Shown: piece by piece, positions 9,178-17,071 of the stretch
Numbering within the stretch: position 1 is the first letter of the stretch
Layout: the number at the start of each line of letters is the position of its first letter
Origin: a bacterium
Lineage (GTDB): Bacteria > Patescibacteriota > Doudnabacteria > UBA920
Length of the DNA: 64,000 bases
Reading direction: 5' to 3'
Assembly: GCA_021825655.1 (NCBI GenBank)
Contig: JAKAGU010000002.1
Location: forward strand, 13,129-77,128
Translations under genes and position numbers: made by a program
The notes under the pieces: model-generated
The model's database searches: none
What the model saw: only the letters and a program-made list of their open reading frames with translations
What the model was told of the DNA's origin: nothing

Positions 9178-10456
9178 GGGTTTTTTTTAAGGCTTTAATC
9201 AGGCCGGCCGTATCCAGCTCCTGCTCTTGGGACGCGGCCAAATTTTTCAGTTTGAATTTTTGGGTCTTGGCTTCTTCCTCTCCCACCACCAGGACAAACG
9301 GGATTTTTTCCCGGTCTGCGGTTTTCACTTGGGCGGAAACTTTACGCGCTGTCAGGTCTTCGACCACGCGCACGCCTGCCTGCCTCAATTCTCCAGCCAA
9401 TGCGCCCGCGGGCTCCAAAAATCCTTCCAAATGGCAGATATAAACGTCAACCGGCGGCCGGTATTCGGGTAAAAGTTTGTAGGTTTCCAAAAAATCGCGG
9501 ATAGTCACATCGCCCATACCAAAACCCACGCCCGGCACCTTGTCCACGCCGAAAATACCCACCAAGTCATCGTATCGGCCGCCCCCGAACAGCGCCCGGT
9601 TATTTACGGGGCTGGTGTCAAAAATTTCAAAAACCGTGCCTGTATAGTAGTCAAAGCCCCTGACCAGCGTGGGGTCAAATACAAAGTTTTTAATACCGGC
9701 CGTAGCCAAAGCCTCAAACACCCGGCGCAGCTCCGCTACGCCTTCCCCTTGCGGCACTTTTTCGCCCAGCTCGTCCAAGCTTTTTACATACAAAATTTCT
9801 TCCAAAAGCTTGGTCTTTTCGCCCAAAATTTCCCGGGCCGAGGCCAAAAACTCTTCGGCTTTCATTTTATGCATGCGGTCAACGAGTTTGGAAAGCTTGT
9901 GCGCCCCTTCCGCATCCAGCTGCAAATGCTTGTGCAGCAAATAATTCAGCAACCGGCGATCGTTGATGCGGATTTCAAAAGCCTCATCCGAGGCCCCAAA
10001 GGCCTTCATGATGCCGTAGGCCACTTTCACGATTTCCACATCGGCTTCCGCGGACTCTACGCCGAACATATCCACGTTCAGCTGCCAGTGCTCCCTGAGG
10101 CGCCCCCGCTGGGGACGCTCGTACCTAAAAAGGTTCGGCACGGAAAACCAGCGCAAAGGAAAAACCAGCTCTTTGCGCTTTTGGGCCACCATGCGGGCCA
10201 CGGTCGGCGTCATTTCCGGCCGGATGGTCACATCCCGTCCGCCGCGGTCGGTGAAAGTATAGGTTTGCTCATTGACTATCTCTTCCCCGCTTTTAGCTTT
10301 ATACAGGGCGGTTTCTTCCAGAATGGAAGCGTTGTATTCCAAATAACCGAAACTCTCGGCAACTTTTTTCCATACGCCGAAAATGTAATTCTGATAAAAC
10401 TGGTCTGCGGGATAAAAATCCCGGGTGCCTTTGTAGGGTTCTAAAGAGAGGCTCAT
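9170..10456 (-). CDS. hisS: Histidine--tRNA ligase
   Basis: Class II aaRS motifs: N-terminal KGTRDF, TIRPEMT, motif 3 GGGRYDDL. Length 428 aa. Confidence 0.9.
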   Translation of the reverse strand: MSLSLEPYKGTRDFYPADQFYQNYIFGVWKKVAESFGYLEYNASILEETALYKAKSGEEIVNEQTYTFTDRGGRDVTIRPEMTPTVARMVAQKRKELVFPLRWFSVPNLFRYERPQRGRLREHWQLNVDMFGVESAEADVEIVKVAYGIMKAFGASDEAFEIRINDRRLLNYLLHKHLQLDAEGAHKLSKLVDRMHKMKAEEFLASAREILGEKTKLLEEILYVKSLDELGEKVPQGEGVAELRRVFEALATAGIKNFVFDPTLVRGFDYYTGTVFEIFDTSPVNNRALFGGGRYDDLVGIFGVDKVPGVGFGMGDVTIRDFLETYKLLPEYRPPVDVYICHLEGFLEPAGALAGELRQAGVRVVEDLTARKVSAQVKTADREKIPFVLVVGEEEAKTQKFKLKNLAASQEQELDTAGLIKALKKTRE

Positions 10457-10498
10457 TGGATGTTTTATTTGAAAAAATGTAAGGTAACAAATAATTTC

Positions 10499-10572
10499 TG
10501 GAGCGGAATACGGGAATCGGACCCGTGCCTAAACCTTGGGAAGGTCTCGTACTGCCATTATACTAATTCCGC
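10499..10572 (-). tRNA. tRNA-Gly (anticodon CCC)
   Basis: Minus-strand read GCGGAAT-TA-GTAT-AATGGCA-GTAC-G-AGACC-TTCCCAA-GGTTT-AGGC-ACGGG-TCCGATT-CCCGT-ATTCCGC-T-CCA folds as a cloverleaf with a 7-bp acceptor stem. Discriminator is U73 and CCA is encoded. Confidence 0.85.
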
Positions 10573-10653
10573 ATTTATACATCTGCCCGCAGCGGGAACC
10601 TGAAAAGCCTATTTATTATACCAAATTATTAGGGGTTCCGCCTAATGGGGGCT

Positions 10654-10682
10654 TTGACACTGCGTACGGATTATGGAAAAAT
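10654..10682 (+). promoter_or_regulatory. Putative sigma70-type promoter for ppcA (TTGACA-N17-AAAAAT)
   Basis: TTGACA at 10654-10659 with a weak -10 box at 10677-10682. This suggests the true start codon is the ATG at 10691 (MKKSIRK), which is preceded by aagagag. Confidence 0.3.
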
Positions 10683-12208
10683 CAAGAGAGATGAAAAAAT
10701 CCATACGCAAAATCCCGGCCACCATGGCCACCCAGCACCCGGACCATGCCAACCGGCCGTACTGGCAAAAAGACGCCTTTATTCCCACGCTCAAAGAAGC
10801 TGAGGAATGTTTTTTGTGCTTTTCAGATTTGGGAATTAGCGAATACAAATGGGACTGGGAAGGCAAGCTAGTGGACGAGTCCGTGTTGGAAAGACTCCTG
10901 GCCGAGCACTTCCAGTACTTTAAAGACCAGCCCTTGGGCCAAAAAAAGTTTTTGACTTTCCGCCTGCCCAACCCCAAAGTGGAAACCGAATTCCGCCTGG
11001 GACGCGCGCTCATGGGTATGCTGACGGCGGCCAGTCTTGCCCGCCAGGCCGAGCTGCACACGCCGCCCATGTTTGAAGTTATTTTGCCCATGACCGAAAG
11101 CGCGGAGGAAATGATAGATATCCAGGAAGCTTTTGCCGAGGTGGCTAACCTAAAGCACCGGCTTTATAACCATGAAAAAAACGCGCTCAAGCATATAGAG
11201 ATTGTGCCGCTGTTTGAAAGCGTGCAAAACATTGCGGAGTCGGACCGGATTCTGGAGGACTACCTGCGCCTCCATAAATGGAAGTTCGGCTTTGTGCCTC
11301 AATACATGCGGCCGTACGTGGCGCGTTCCGACCCCGCCCTTAACTCCGGCCTGGTACCTACTGTGCTGGCGATAAAAATTGCCTTATCGCGCTACCGCCA
11401 GTTTGAGGAAAAACACAAAATAAAGCTTTTCCCGGTAATTGGTGTGGGCACGCTACCATTTCGCGGCAGCCTTAACCCGTTGCGCATCAATGATTTTATA
11501 AAAGAATACAAAGGCATACGCACGGCCATTATCCAAAGCGCTTTCAGGTACGACTTCCCTAAGGACAAGGTAAAGGCCGCAATCGCCAGGCTGGATAAAC
11601 AGCTGCCCCAAGGCCAAGCCAAACTCATCCCCGCGGACGAGATACAAAAGCTGCTGGAATTGATTCGGCCGTTCGAAACAGCTTACCAAAAAACCGTGGA
11701 AAAAATCGCCCCGCTGGTTAACCAGGTGGCAGCCCATCTGCCCAAACGCCGGGAACGCGTGCTGCACACCGGCCTGTTCGGCTACAACCGCGGCGTGGGC
11801 AAGGTCCGTTTGCCCCGGGCCATCAGCTACACGGCTGCGCTATATTCTTTGGGCGTGCCGCCGGAGCTGATCGGCACCGGCCGAGGCCTGAAGCTGGCTG
11901 CGGAAAAACACGGCGTTAAGCTCATCAAAAAATACTACCTAAACCTCAAAACCGACATGCAAGCGGCCGGAAACTACCTGAGCCGCGGCGTCCTTAAGGA
12001 GCTTGCCAAAAATCACTTGGAGTGGACGCAGGTCCAGGAAGACGTTAAGTCAATTGAACGCGCCTTGAGTATAAAACTCGGGCCCAAAACCCGCGAACAG
12101 AAAGAACATGCCAGACTGTCGGAGCTTATCCACAAAAAGCTGCTCAAAAACAAAAACCCGCAAAGAGAAATTGAAAAAGCCGCGCTCTTAAGGCGCAGTA
12201 TGGGCTAA
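10673..12208 (+). CDS. ppcA: Archaeal-type phosphoenolpyruvate carboxylase (PpcA family)
   Basis: The N-terminal IPATMATQHPD signature and length of about 510 aa match archaeal-type PEPC (compare IPRTMSTQHPD in Sulfolobus). Collinear downstream conservation (W.WEGK.VD, HF.YF). Start is possibly at 10691. Confidence 0.85.
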   Translation: MEKSREMKKSIRKIPATMATQHPDHANRPYWQKDAFIPTLKEAEECFLCFSDLGISEYKWDWEGKLVDESVLERLLAEHFQYFKDQPLGQKKFLTFRLPNPKVETEFRLGRALMGMLTAASLARQAELHTPPMFEVILPMTESAEEMIDIQEAFAEVANLKHRLYNHEKNALKHIEIVPLFESVQNIAESDRILEDYLRLHKWKFGFVPQYMRPYVARSDPALNSGLVPTVLAIKIALSRYRQFEEKHKIKLFPVIGVGTLPFRGSLNPLRINDFIKEYKGIRTAIIQSAFRYDFPKDKVKAAIARLDKQLPQGQAKLIPADEIQKLLELIRPFETAYQKTVEKIAPLVNQVAAHLPKRRERVLHTGLFGYNRGVGKVRLPRAISYTAALYSLGVPPELIGTGRGLKLAAEKHGVKLIKKYYLNLKTDMQAAGNYLSRGVLKELAKNHLEWTQVQEDVKSIERALSIKLGPKTREQKEHARLSELIHKKLLKNKNPQREIEKAALLRRSMG

Positions 12209-12214
12209 GCAAAA

Positions 12215-12249
12215 GGGAACCGCACAACCTGCCGGTTCCCTGTTTTTTT
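12215..12249 (+). terminator. Rho-independent terminator after ppcA
   Basis: GGGAACCG-cacaacctg-CGGTTCCC followed by TGTTTTTTT. Confidence 0.75.
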
Positions 12250-12256
12250 GCGCTGC

Positions 12257-12748
12257 CTACATGCCGCGAATGACATAGGTCGCCTTGAAGCCCGAAAGCT
12301 TGAAGTACGCCTTAGTGCAATTCATGGAACAGAAGAGCAGCCTTTCCACCACACCCACTGCCATATCGTGCAGCCTTTGGTACTCCGTCATTTCTTCGGG
12401 CAAGGCCGGCCTGAGCAGAAACGCATGGGCAAAGTTCCTTAAAGCCGTCTGCTGTTCAAAGGGCTTAAGTCCGAATACCGCCACATCCACGCCGTGGATC
12501 CTTGAGCAAGTACCGAAACCCTCGCTGATGCCCAAAAAGTGGAGTGGCACCCGGCCTTCGCCCAAATAGAACTCGTTGTAGGTATGAAGGGCGCTCGGCA
12601 GTGCCGGACGTCCCTCGAATAAGGTTTCCATCGTCCTGCGCTGGTCCTGTCTGAGGTGCGCCATAATAATTCCTCCGTAAAAAAATCCCCTTCTGGTGAA
12701 AGGGGTGTGGCTGGTTGCAAGCTTTGCACTCAAACAGACCGCTTTCAC
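12257..12748 (-). CDS. Hypothetical protein (unrecognised; start uncertain, possibly internal M at 12664)
   Basis: 163 aa minus-strand ORF convergent with ppcA. Amino-acid composition is plausible but no motif is recognised. Confidence 0.35.
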   Translation of the reverse strand: MKAVCLSAKLATSHTPFTRRGFFYGGIIMAHLRQDQRRTMETLFEGRPALPSALHTYNEFYLGEGRVPLHFLGISEGFGTCSRIHGVDVAVFGLKPFEQQTALRNFAHAFLLRPALPEEMTEYQRLHDMAVGVVERLLFCSMNCTKAYFKLSGFKATYVIRGM

Positions 12749-12823
12749 GAAGAAAGGGCCATCATCATCAAACCGCGGTGCTGGAGGTTCTGAAATTTCA
12801 TAACTGTATGATAATATTAATTT

Positions 12824-13756
12824 ATGAATAAAAAATCGTCAACTCCCAGCCTCCTCGTCATTGGCTCCGTGGCCTTTGACGACATTGAGACGCCTTTCGG
12901 CAAATCCAAAAAAACCTTAGGCGGCAGCGCTACCTATATTTCGCTCGCTGCCAGCTACTTTACCAAACCCGGCCTGGTGGCCGTAGTGGGCGAAGATTTT
13001 AAACAGCAGCATTGCGAAATTTTACAAAACAGAAAAGTCGACCTTATGGGCCTGGAAATGGCCAAAGGCAAAACCTTCGCCTGGGGCGGCAAGTACCACT
13101 TTGATTTAAACACCCGGGAAACCCTGTTCACGCATTTGAACGTGTTCGAAAATTTTTCTCCCGAGCTTTCCCCTGCCCACAGGAATACCCCTTATGCATT
13201 TTTGGGAAACACCCACCCGGCCCAGCAGATTAGAATCATTTCCCAGTTAAAAAACCCGAAATTCGTAGGCCTGGACACCATGAACTATTGGATAGAAAAA
13301 ACCCCCAAGGAATTGGGACAGGTTTTAAAAATGGTGGACGCGCTAGTCATAAACGATTCCGAAGCGCGGGAGCTTTCCAAAGAACACAACTTGCTGAAAG
13401 CCGCGAAAAAAATCTCCGGTTTAATGCACCAAAGCAGAAAACGCCTGCTGATTATAAAGCGCGGCGAATACGGCCTACTGCTTTTCCAGGGCGGCAAGAT
13501 TTTCCACTTGCCCGGTTTCCCATTGGAAGACGTGGTTGATCCCACAGGCGCGGGCGATAGCTTCGCCGGCGGATTTATGGGACACTTGTCGGCCAAATCG
13601 GACTTTTCCTGGGACAGCTTCAAAAAAGCCTGCGTGGCCGGTTCCGCCATGGCCAGTTTCTGCGTGCAGGACTTCGGCACCCAAACCTTGCAAAACTTAA
13701 GCCGCACAAAGATTAGCCAACGCATTCAAGGCTTCAGGCACCTGACCCGCTTCTAA
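12824..13756 (+). CDS. PfkB-family carbohydrate kinase (ribokinase-like)
   Basis: PfkB signature 2 DPTGAGDSFAGGF near the C-terminus and an N-terminal Gly-rich substrate lid. Confidence 0.8.
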   Translation: MNKKSSTPSLLVIGSVAFDDIETPFGKSKKTLGGSATYISLAASYFTKPGLVAVVGEDFKQQHCEILQNRKVDLMGLEMAKGKTFAWGGKYHFDLNTRETLFTHLNVFENFSPELSPAHRNTPYAFLGNTHPAQQIRIISQLKNPKFVGLDTMNYWIEKTPKELGQVLKMVDALVINDSEARELSKEHNLLKAAKKISGLMHQSRKRLLIIKRGEYGLLLFQGGKIFHLPGFPLEDVVDPTGAGDSFAGGFMGHLSAKSDFSWDSFKKACVAGSAMASFCVQDFGTQTLQNLSRTKISQRIQGFRHLTRF

Positions 13757-13797
13757 TTTATAGATTATCGGGTCCCCGCAAAAGCCTGCGGGGTGTC

Positions 13798-13825
13798 TTG
13801 ACATTTGGCGTAAAATCCTTAAAAT
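13798..13825 (+). promoter_or_regulatory. Strong sigma70-like promoter (TTGACA-N16-TAAAAT)
   Basis: TTGACA 13798-13803, TAAAAT 13820-13825. No SD/ORF follows for more than 400 nt. Confidence 0.5.
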
Positions 13826-13832
13826 ACTTCCA

Positions 13833-14072
13833 ATACCCAGGAGGTATCCACTTGAAGAACCCTACCCGGAAAACCCTTGAACCCAGAACCGCACTCCGCG
13901 GCCAGCCCCCAAGGGAACAGTATACGGGCCTTGCGCCCGACCTGGCGGAATTCCGCAATACCAAGAAAGCAGACATGCCCCGCCGGGCGCACAATCAACA
14001 GTGATGCAGCCGCATCACCTAAACCCGCCGGACGCGCACCACCCACGCGCGTCCGGCTTTCCTTTTGTGGAT
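13833..14072 (+). ncRNA. Candidate small RNA or terminated leader (about 240 nt), identity unknown
   Basis: Bounded by the promoter above and a GC-rich hairpin CGCCGGACGCGC...GCGCGTCCGGC followed by a T-rich stretch (14025-14072). Internal palindromes include GCGGAATTCCGC and TGATGCagccGCATCA. Only short overlapping ORFs of weak coding character span it. Confidence 0.35.
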
Positions 14073-14081
14073 AACCCCGTT

Positions 14082-14090
14082 TGCTATAAT
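14082..14090 (+). promoter_or_regulatory. Extended -10 promoter element (TGcTATAAT) for glnII
   Basis: Perfect TGnTATAAT immediately downstream of the candidate sRNA terminator. It would give glnII a 5' UTR of about 180 nt containing the hairpin GCGGCGGC...GCCGCC just upstream of the RBS AAAGGAG. Confidence 0.45.
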
Positions 14091-14274
14091 ACAAGTATTA
14101 AAAAACTAACGGCCAATTCCAAGCTGTATTTTTAGAAATCCGGGACAAAGATAATATCCAAAACAATCTAGAACCCCGGATTATAAATTTACAATTTGGA
14201 TTTGGAAACCACCCCGAAAAACGGGCGGCGGCTTTGGTTTTTGCCGCCTTGCTGTGTCGGGCAAAAGGAGCCAT

Positions 14275-15336
14275 ATGGCAAAAATCATGGCGGAATATAT
14301 TTGGATGGACGGCAAAAAGCCGACAGCCAAGCTCCGCTCCAAAACCAAAATCATAGAAGGGCCGGTGCGCGAACTTAAAGACCTCCCCATGTGGGGCTTT
14401 GACGGGTCTTCGACAAAGCAGGCAGAAGGGCATTTCTCCGACTGTATGTTAAAGCCCGTGTATTTTATCCCTGACCCCGTCCGCGGCGAACCCAATGTGC
14501 TGGTTATGTGCGAAGTCTTGAATGCCGACGGCACACCCCACGCCACCAACACCCGCCACCATCTGGCAAAACTCATGGAAAAATACGGGGCAGAAGAGCC
14601 GATTTTTGGTTTTGAACAGGAATATACGCTCTACCGTAAAGACTGGCCTGTGGGCTGGCCGCAGCACGGCTTTCCCCATCCCCAGGGCCGCTACTACTGC
14701 GGCGTGGGCTGCGACGAGGTTTACGGCCGAAAAGTCGTGGAAACCCACATGCGCGATTGCATCAAAGCGGGCATCAGCATTTCGGGAATTAACGCCGAAG
14801 TCATGCCCGCACAATGGGAATTCCAAATCGGCCCTTTGCCGCCTTTGGAAGCGGCAGACCAATTATGGCTGGCGCGCTGGATTTTGTACCGGCATGGCGA
14901 AGATTTCGAAGTCTATGCCAAACTGGACCCGAAACCCATGGCCGGCGACTGGAACGGCGCGGGCGGGCACACCAACTTTTCCACCAAGGCCATGCGGGAA
15001 GAAGGTGGCCTGGAGGTGATTAAACAAACCTGTGAAAAGTTATCAAAGATGCACAACCAGCACATGAAAGTTTATGGCGCGGAAAACGACCTGCGCCTGA
15101 CCGGCAAACACGAAACCTGCAGCTACAAGGAATTCCGCTACGGCGTTTCCGACCGGGGCGCCTCGGTGCGCATTCCTATGGACACGGCCAATAAAGGCAA
15201 AGGCTACCTGGAAGACCGGCGGCCCGCAGCCAATCTGGACCCTTACCAAGTGTGCACAGCGCTCGTGGAAACCGCCTGCGGCAGCGGCTTTGATCCGGAA
15301 AAGTACGGCTGGCAAAATTTTGATCCGGAAAAGTAA
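14275..15336 (+). CDS. glnII: Glutamine synthetase type II (eukaryote-like GSII)
   Basis: Collinear with eukaryotic GS: EYIWIDG-like N-terminus (AEYIWMDG), MPAQWEFQIGP, NWNGAGGHTNFSTKAMREE, KGYLEDRRPAAN. Start set at the ATG preceded by AAAGGAG (MAKIMAEY) rather than at 14254. Confidence 0.9.
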   Translation: MAKIMAEYIWMDGKKPTAKLRSKTKIIEGPVRELKDLPMWGFDGSSTKQAEGHFSDCMLKPVYFIPDPVRGEPNVLVMCEVLNADGTPHATNTRHHLAKLMEKYGAEEPIFGFEQEYTLYRKDWPVGWPQHGFPHPQGRYYCGVGCDEVYGRKVVETHMRDCIKAGISISGINAEVMPAQWEFQIGPLPPLEAADQLWLARWILYRHGEDFEVYAKLDPKPMAGDWNGAGGHTNFSTKAMREEGGLEVIKQTCEKLSKMHNQHMKVYGAENDLRLTGKHETCSYKEFRYGVSDRGASVRIPMDTANKGKGYLEDRRPAANLDPYQVCTALVETACGSGFDPEKYGWQNFDPEK

Positions 15337-15380
15337 ATACCCCGGCCGCCTGCAGTCCGCATTGGTGGTATAATGTATTT

Positions 15381-15713
15381 ATGAACCACGAACCCCACCA
15401 CCCGCTCATCAGAAAAAGAATATACCGCAACCTGGAACCCTACCCGCACCCCGACCCCAAAAAACAATTTTTGGATCAGCTGATTTTTGTCATTGGAGCG
15501 CTGGGCCCCCTTTCCACCCTGCCCCAGATTTACACCATTTTTGCACACAAAAACGCAGCTGGGGTATCGGCTTTTTCCTGGTTTGCTTATTTCCTGTTTT
15601 CCATTGTCTGGGTCGTATACGGAGTCGTTCACAAAGAAAAGGCCATTATCTTCACCTACAGCCTCTGGATACTGATGAACGGCTTAGTGGCCCTGGGAGC
15701 GATAATTTATTAA
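15381..15713 (+). CDS. SemiSWEET / PQ-loop (MtN3-like) small sugar transporter
   Basis: About 100 aa with three TM helices and a PQ motif in the first helix (LSTLPQIYTIF). Confidence 0.65.
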   Translation: MNHEPHHPLIRKRIYRNLEPYPHPDPKKQFLDQLIFVIGALGPLSTLPQIYTIFAHKNAAGVSAFSWFAYFLFSIVWVVYGVVHKEKAIIFTYSLWILMNGLVALGAIIY

Positions 15714-15750
15714 AAAACACCCGCCTCACTTAAAAGCGGGTGTTTTTTAT
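15712..15750. terminator. Bidirectional rho-independent terminator between convergent genes
   Basis: aaaaaACACCCGCctcacttaaaaGCGGGTGTttttttat. A-run upstream and T-run downstream. Confidence 0.7.
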
Positions 15751-15755
15751 TCAAT

Positions 15756-16169
15756 TTAATTCCAGCCGCGGTTTTTTTGCTGCCTTAGGCTTTCCGTTTC
15801 ATCCGGCCGGGTAAAGTCGTCTTCCAAGCGGTAAGTTGTGCCTTTCTCCGGTGAAGAAACTTCAAAAAGATCGGAATCTTCCAGGGCTTCCACCCGATGC
15901 TTCTGCGGAGGCGTGATTAGGTAACCCTTTTTTAGCTCCATGGGGATTTTCCGGATTTCCCCTTCGTTGTCCTCCAGCCAAATTACGGCCTGTCCGGAAA
16001 ACAAAGTGATTACTTCTTCTTTGGTTTCGTGGTATTGGAACGAGAGTCTTTTGCCGGCGGCCACGTGCAAAATTTTGCCAGTACGCTCCGAGTCCTTGGG
16101 AGTAAGTACAATCTCATAACCCCAGGGCTTTTCCACACGTTCATAAAACGGCTCTAAAAAAAATTTCAT
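15756..16169 (-). CDS. Cupin-domain protein (cupin_2 / mannose-6-phosphate isomerase-like small barrel)
   Basis: KPWGYE ... H..AG..LSFQYH ... cupin metal-site spacing. 137 aa. Confidence 0.55.
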   Translation of the reverse strand: MKFFLEPFYERVEKPWGYEIVLTPKDSERTGKILHVAAGKRLSFQYHETKEEVITLFSGQAVIWLEDNEGEIRKIPMELKKGYLITPPQKHRVEALEDSDLFEVSSPEKGTTYRLEDDFTRPDETESLRQQKNRGWN

Positions 16170-16175
16170 GGTAAG

Positions 16176-16676
16176 TTATGGTTTTTCTTTTTTTTCTTCA
16201 GACGGGGTGATAAACCCTTTTTCTACCAATTTCTTGTGCAAAGCTGCATACTCCTCATCGCTCATCCACCTCTTTTCCTGCTCCTGTTTGTAGGTTTCCC
16301 GGCGCGTAAGCTTTGGTTTTTCCGCCTTCACCGGCCGTGTCCTGGGTTTCTTTTCCACAGGCGGCTTTACCGGGCGGGGTTCAGGCCGGGACTGGGTAAC
16401 TTCCGGTGCGGCGTTGGCACTTTGCGTTCCGGCTTCCCGGACCAAATGCCTGAGCTCGCTGAAAATTTGCCGTTTAATGCTTTCCGAAGGCGCCTGGGTG
16501 TTATCGTACCATTCATAAACCCATTTTTTGGCCACGCCGACATGCTCTAAGACTGAGGCCGCAACCCGCTCCACCCCGCCGGCCGCATCCACCATGCTCC
16601 GAAATGCCCGCTGCGCTTTTGCAGCTTCGGATTCTCCGCTGTCCTCGTGCGAATAAAATTTTCTGCGTTCATCCAT
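16176..16676 (-). CDS. Small HTH-like protein with Lys/Pro-rich basic C-terminal tail (paralog 1)
   Basis: Central segment AGGVERVAASVLEHVGVAKKWVYEWYDNTQAPSES resembles an XRE/Cro-type HTH (GVs..TVyrWe.G...Ps). C-terminal tail PRPVKPPVEKKPRTRPVKAEKPK. Confidence 0.45.
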   Translation of the reverse strand: MDERRKFYSHEDSGESEAAKAQRAFRSMVDAAGGVERVAASVLEHVGVAKKWVYEWYDNTQAPSESIKRQIFSELRHLVREAGTQSANAAPEVTQSRPEPRPVKPPVEKKPRTRPVKAEKPKLTRRETYKQEQEKRWMSDEEYAALHKKLVEKGFITPSEEKKEKP

Positions 16677-16694
16677 AGCGTTAAAAAGCTACTT

Positions 16695-17057
16695 TTATTT
16701 TTCGCCGCTTCCTTTTTCCGGCTCAGCTGGCAGAGAGGCCTCTGGTTTTGGCTTGGGCGCCATAGGCGGGACCAGCTTTTTCGGCCCAAAACTCACCTTT
16801 TGGGGATCGGCCGTTGCCAAAAATTCCACGGAGCCCAAAATCTTGTTGCGGATGGCCGGGCTTTCCGGCGCCACGCCGGTCTGGAACCATCGCATAACGA
16901 CCGAGGCGCCAATATCACAATCCTTGTCAACTAGTTTTGCCGCAGCCTCCAGGGAACCGGCCTTCTGAATCAGCCTGCCCATGAGGCCAAAAAATTTTTC
17001 AGTCTGATCTCCGGTTTCCGCCCGGCGGCCGGGGTTTTCCGGTTTTATTTCCGACAT
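16695..17057 (-). CDS. Small HTH-like protein with Lys/Pro-rich basic tail (paralog 2)
   Basis: AGSLEAAAKLVDKDCDIGASVVMRWFQTGVAPES aligns with paralog 1. Tail KKLVPPMAPKPKPEAS. Start taken at the internal ATG (MSEIKPEN) to avoid overlapping the GT2 gene. Confidence 0.4.
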   Translation of the reverse strand: MSEIKPENPGRRAETGDQTEKFFGLMGRLIQKAGSLEAAAKLVDKDCDIGASVVMRWFQTGVAPESPAIRNKILGSVEFLATADPQKVSFGPKKLVPPMAPKPKPEASLPAEPEKGSGEK

Positions 17058-17071
17058 AAGAAAGCTGTTAC

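Noticed and set aside
8420-9198. Cluster of plus-strand and minus-strand ORFs (8420..8737, 8494..8958, 8523..8921, 8962..9198) overlapping the HD-domain gene
   Set aside because: They are all antisense or alternative-frame reads of the HD phosphohydrolase gene 8548..9177, which has a clear HD motif. Their compositions are Arg/Pro/Trp-rich, typical of off-frame GC-rich sequence.
9749-10444. 231-aa plus-strand ORF
   Set aside because: Antisense to hisS, whose class II aaRS motifs are unambiguous. Rich in F/H/Q/L from antisense codons.
13935-13975. Possible SRP RNA domain IV (GACCUGGCGGAA...AAGAAAGCAGAC, partial resemblance to GUCAGGUCCGGAAGGAAGCAGC)
   Set aside because: Only a loose match. 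The apical loop is a GCGGAATTCCGC palindrome rather than a GNRA-capped helix 8, and the flanking helix 5 complementarity is absent.
13819-14094. Short ORFs on both strands within the glnII upstream region (for example 13819..14094 minus, 13877..14074 plus)
   Set aside because: They have no RBS, show Arg/Pro/Gly bias from GC-rich hairpins, and overlap the promoter- and terminator-bounded candidate sRNA. They were therefore treated as non-coding.
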